A stretch of 62,964 bases of DNA, filler included, from Reticulomyxa filosa (lineage: Eukaryota > Protista > Foraminifera): NCBI GenBank assembly GCA_000512085.1. It is 18 parts of 18 records of this genome, joined end to end, with 100 filler letters (N's around TTAATTAATTAA, not from the genome) between each part and the next. Parts side by side here need not be neighbours in the genome. Positions count along the whole stretch, not along the records: positions 58,526 to 61,376 come from ASPP01010186.1; positions 61,477 to 62,964 come from ASPP01047235.1; 16 more parts are not named here. One strand, written 5' to 3'. Numbering within the stretch: position 1 is the first letter of the stretch; every line of letters starts with the position of its first letter. Below the pieces are notes generated by a model. The model saw only the letters and a list, made by a program, of their open reading frames with translations, did no database searches and was not told the DNA's origin. The position numbers and the translations under genes were made by a program. Below are positions 60,933 through 62,964 of this stretch, one piece after another.

Positions 60933-61376
60933 TTAGCTTTGATCCTTTTTTTCCTCGCTTTCCTGTGGACTGTCCCACTTGGCAGCAATGAGACCGACCA
61001 GATCAGAGCGAGTCAATTTGGTCTTTTCTGCGAATCGAGTCAATCTCTCATCACTCAAATAGGTCTTTTCCAAAGGAATGCTTTTGTCATCCCAAAGCAA
61101 AAGCTCTTCAGGAGGCTGTTCAAATCCCGACCCTTTCCAATGCTTTTCCGCCAGCAAGGTTTTGCCTTTAACACTCGACGTCATGGTGCCACCCACGACA
61201 AAGCCGCCAGGCATTTGGGTGACGCCATCCTGCTTTCCAAGAGGAAGAGCCATGACGTACATGCCCATTGCATAATCTTTCAGGCGATGTCCCTTTTCAA
61301 TGGCCTTTATATTATGAGTCACCACATCAGCTTGTTCAGCCGCGACATAAGCAAACTGTGGGGAATGATCTGCGCA
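60933..61376 (-). CDS. C-terminal part of a hypothetical protein
   Basis: Open frame from the contig end to the stop at 60933, with coding-like GC content. Confidence 0.55.
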   Translation of the reverse strand, partial: CADHSPQFAYVAAEQADVVTHNIKAIEKGHRLKDYAMGMYVMALPLGKQDGVTQMPGGFVVGGTMTSSVKGKTLLAEKHWKGSGFEQPPEELLLWDDKSIPLEKTYLSDERLTRFAEKTKLTRSDLVGLIAAKWDSPQESEEKKDQS

Positions 61377-61892
61377 NNNNNNNNNNNNNNNNNNNNNNNN
61401 NNNNNNNNNNNNNNNNNNNNTTAATTAATTAANNNNNNNNNNNNNNNNNNNNNNNNNNNNNNNNNNNNNNNNNNNNACTACGGGCAACGTGTTGAACGAC
61501 TCAAGAAAGCAAGCAAGACGAACAACAGCGAATATGCCCAAAAAAAAGGAAATACAAATGATACCTTCATTCATCGGATCGTCAACACAAAAATTGTTAA
61601 ATGGACGTATGTTGATGGATGCGAGAATTTCCAACAGCGACAGTTATCCAAGGTCAAATTGTGTATCTTATTACAAGGGTGATGATAGCAAATGAATTTG
61701 GTATTTAGAAAATATCCATTGTGCACGACTGCATTGGAACAATCGAAGGGTGGGAGGAAAGTATGACAAACACTTGGCAAAAATAATCATTGCATAAAGA
61801 TCAGATCAAGACCAATTCAAATAAGAGTTGCACCATTTAGAAACATCCTCCTCATCCAACTTTGCAAGACATTCGACCAGTGAACGGAAGCA

Positions 61893-62900
61893 ATGGCGAA
61901 ATATTTTTGGACGATATCAAAAAAGCAAGTGAAGATAAAGAGCAAGAAAGCAGAATTGAATGACGAAGACGAAGACAACAAAGCCGAACATGGATGCGCA
62001 AACAGCACGGTGGTGAATTTGGTTGACGTGGCTATCGGCGATCGATATCGATTTCGAGTCTTGGAAAACAAAACAGGAGTTGTGCACTATCTTGGCGATA
62101 TGGAGCTTTCCAATGAAAAGCTTATTGAAATTGAGCTGGATAGTTGGCATCCTAACACAATCGATGGAATTGTGCGAGGAAAGATTTATTTCAAAGTTAG
62201 TTTCAATTTATTTGTGTATTTATTCTTGTTTTGTTTTAATTTCATCTTATTGTATTCTACTTCGTTGTGGAGAATCTATGATTTATTTATTTGTCTTAGA
62301 AAAAAATAAATAAATAAGTACTTGATTTTATTTTGATGTAGGAAAGCAAACTGACGACAACAACGATAATGCGGTCCGAAAACCTCAAACACGATCCTCC
62401 AATTGACACCATTCAAGCGCCACGATCGCATAATCTTCGTCAATGGAGACAACAGATATTGTCAAGTACATTGGTTATCCTCTTTTTTTCGAGGACGAAG
62501 TTATTGTCATTGAACTAGATTTGTCTTTTTAGAAACAATTTTTTTTTATATGTAATGATATTTTGTCTTTTCTTTATAGACATATGGATTCCTAGTGATC
62601 ATGATGACGTGTACAACCAATGTTAATACTTTCAGGTGTTTTTTTTTGCCTTATTTTTGCTGTGTAATATTTGCTTAAAGTCAAAAAATATGTATCAATT
62701 TAGAATGACTTGCTTCGAGTGTAAAATGCAGTGTCCCAAAGGAAGAGGTATTTTTGTCAAACGATGTTCAGTTGCCACCATTCAATCGATTCCGGGAGTG
62801 GAAATCAGAGCGACAGGCCACAGTGGCAATGAAAGAAAAGAACGCAAATACAGTATCGGACAACGAGTGCAGATTGGCACGAGAAAAAAAAGAAGTTAAT
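61893..62900 (+). pseudogene. Multi-CAP-Gly-domain gene, apparently degenerate
   Basis: IGDR...GVVHYLG...IELDSWHPNTIDGIVRGKIYFK; a second unit IVKYIGYP...VIELD; CPKGRGIFVK; YSIGQRVQI. Frameshifts are present. Confidence 0.6.
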
Positions 62901-62964
62901 CTGACCATTTTTTTTTTAAGCGATATGCAATGCTGGACTTTGAAATTTGGAAAAATAGAAAATA

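Overview
This window is not one locus. It is 18 unrelated contigs joined by an artificial 100-bp linker (44 N + TTAATTAATTAA + 44 N, with stops in all six frames). Fifteen contigs come from an AT-rich, intron-containing eukaryote. The expanded WD40 family with an 'IGGNGYTICSGS' motif, kelch-caspase genes and many pseudogenes suggest a foraminiferan such as Reticulomyxa (inference). Three contigs (24593-25871, 36243-40515, 49297-51002) are GC-rich, intronless and bacterial. Recognisable eukaryotic genes are a CLC Cl-/H+ exchanger, a PqiA-like membrane protein, BCAT, an SNF2 helicase, a protein kinase, a TauE/SafE transporter, an EF-hand light chain, two atypical Ras-like proteins, WD40 paralogs and pseudogenes, a CAP-Gly protein, a U6 snRNA and decayed non-LTR retrotransposons. 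The best leads are: (1) two divergent cellular RdRP (RDR)-like genes on separate contigs, both carrying a RanBP2-type zinc finger at the same position; (2) a bacterial 1286-aa nuclease / degenerate NTPase / helical-repeat protein that looks like a defence sensor-effector; (3) a CUE-PUB-ADP-ribosyltransferase-fold protein; (4) a kelch-caspase with an intact His/Cys dyad; (5) a PH-pseudo-Ras fusion; (6) a possible decayed HDV-like ribozyme; (7) a dispersed inverted-repeat element. All family assignments come from motifs read by eye; no searches were run.
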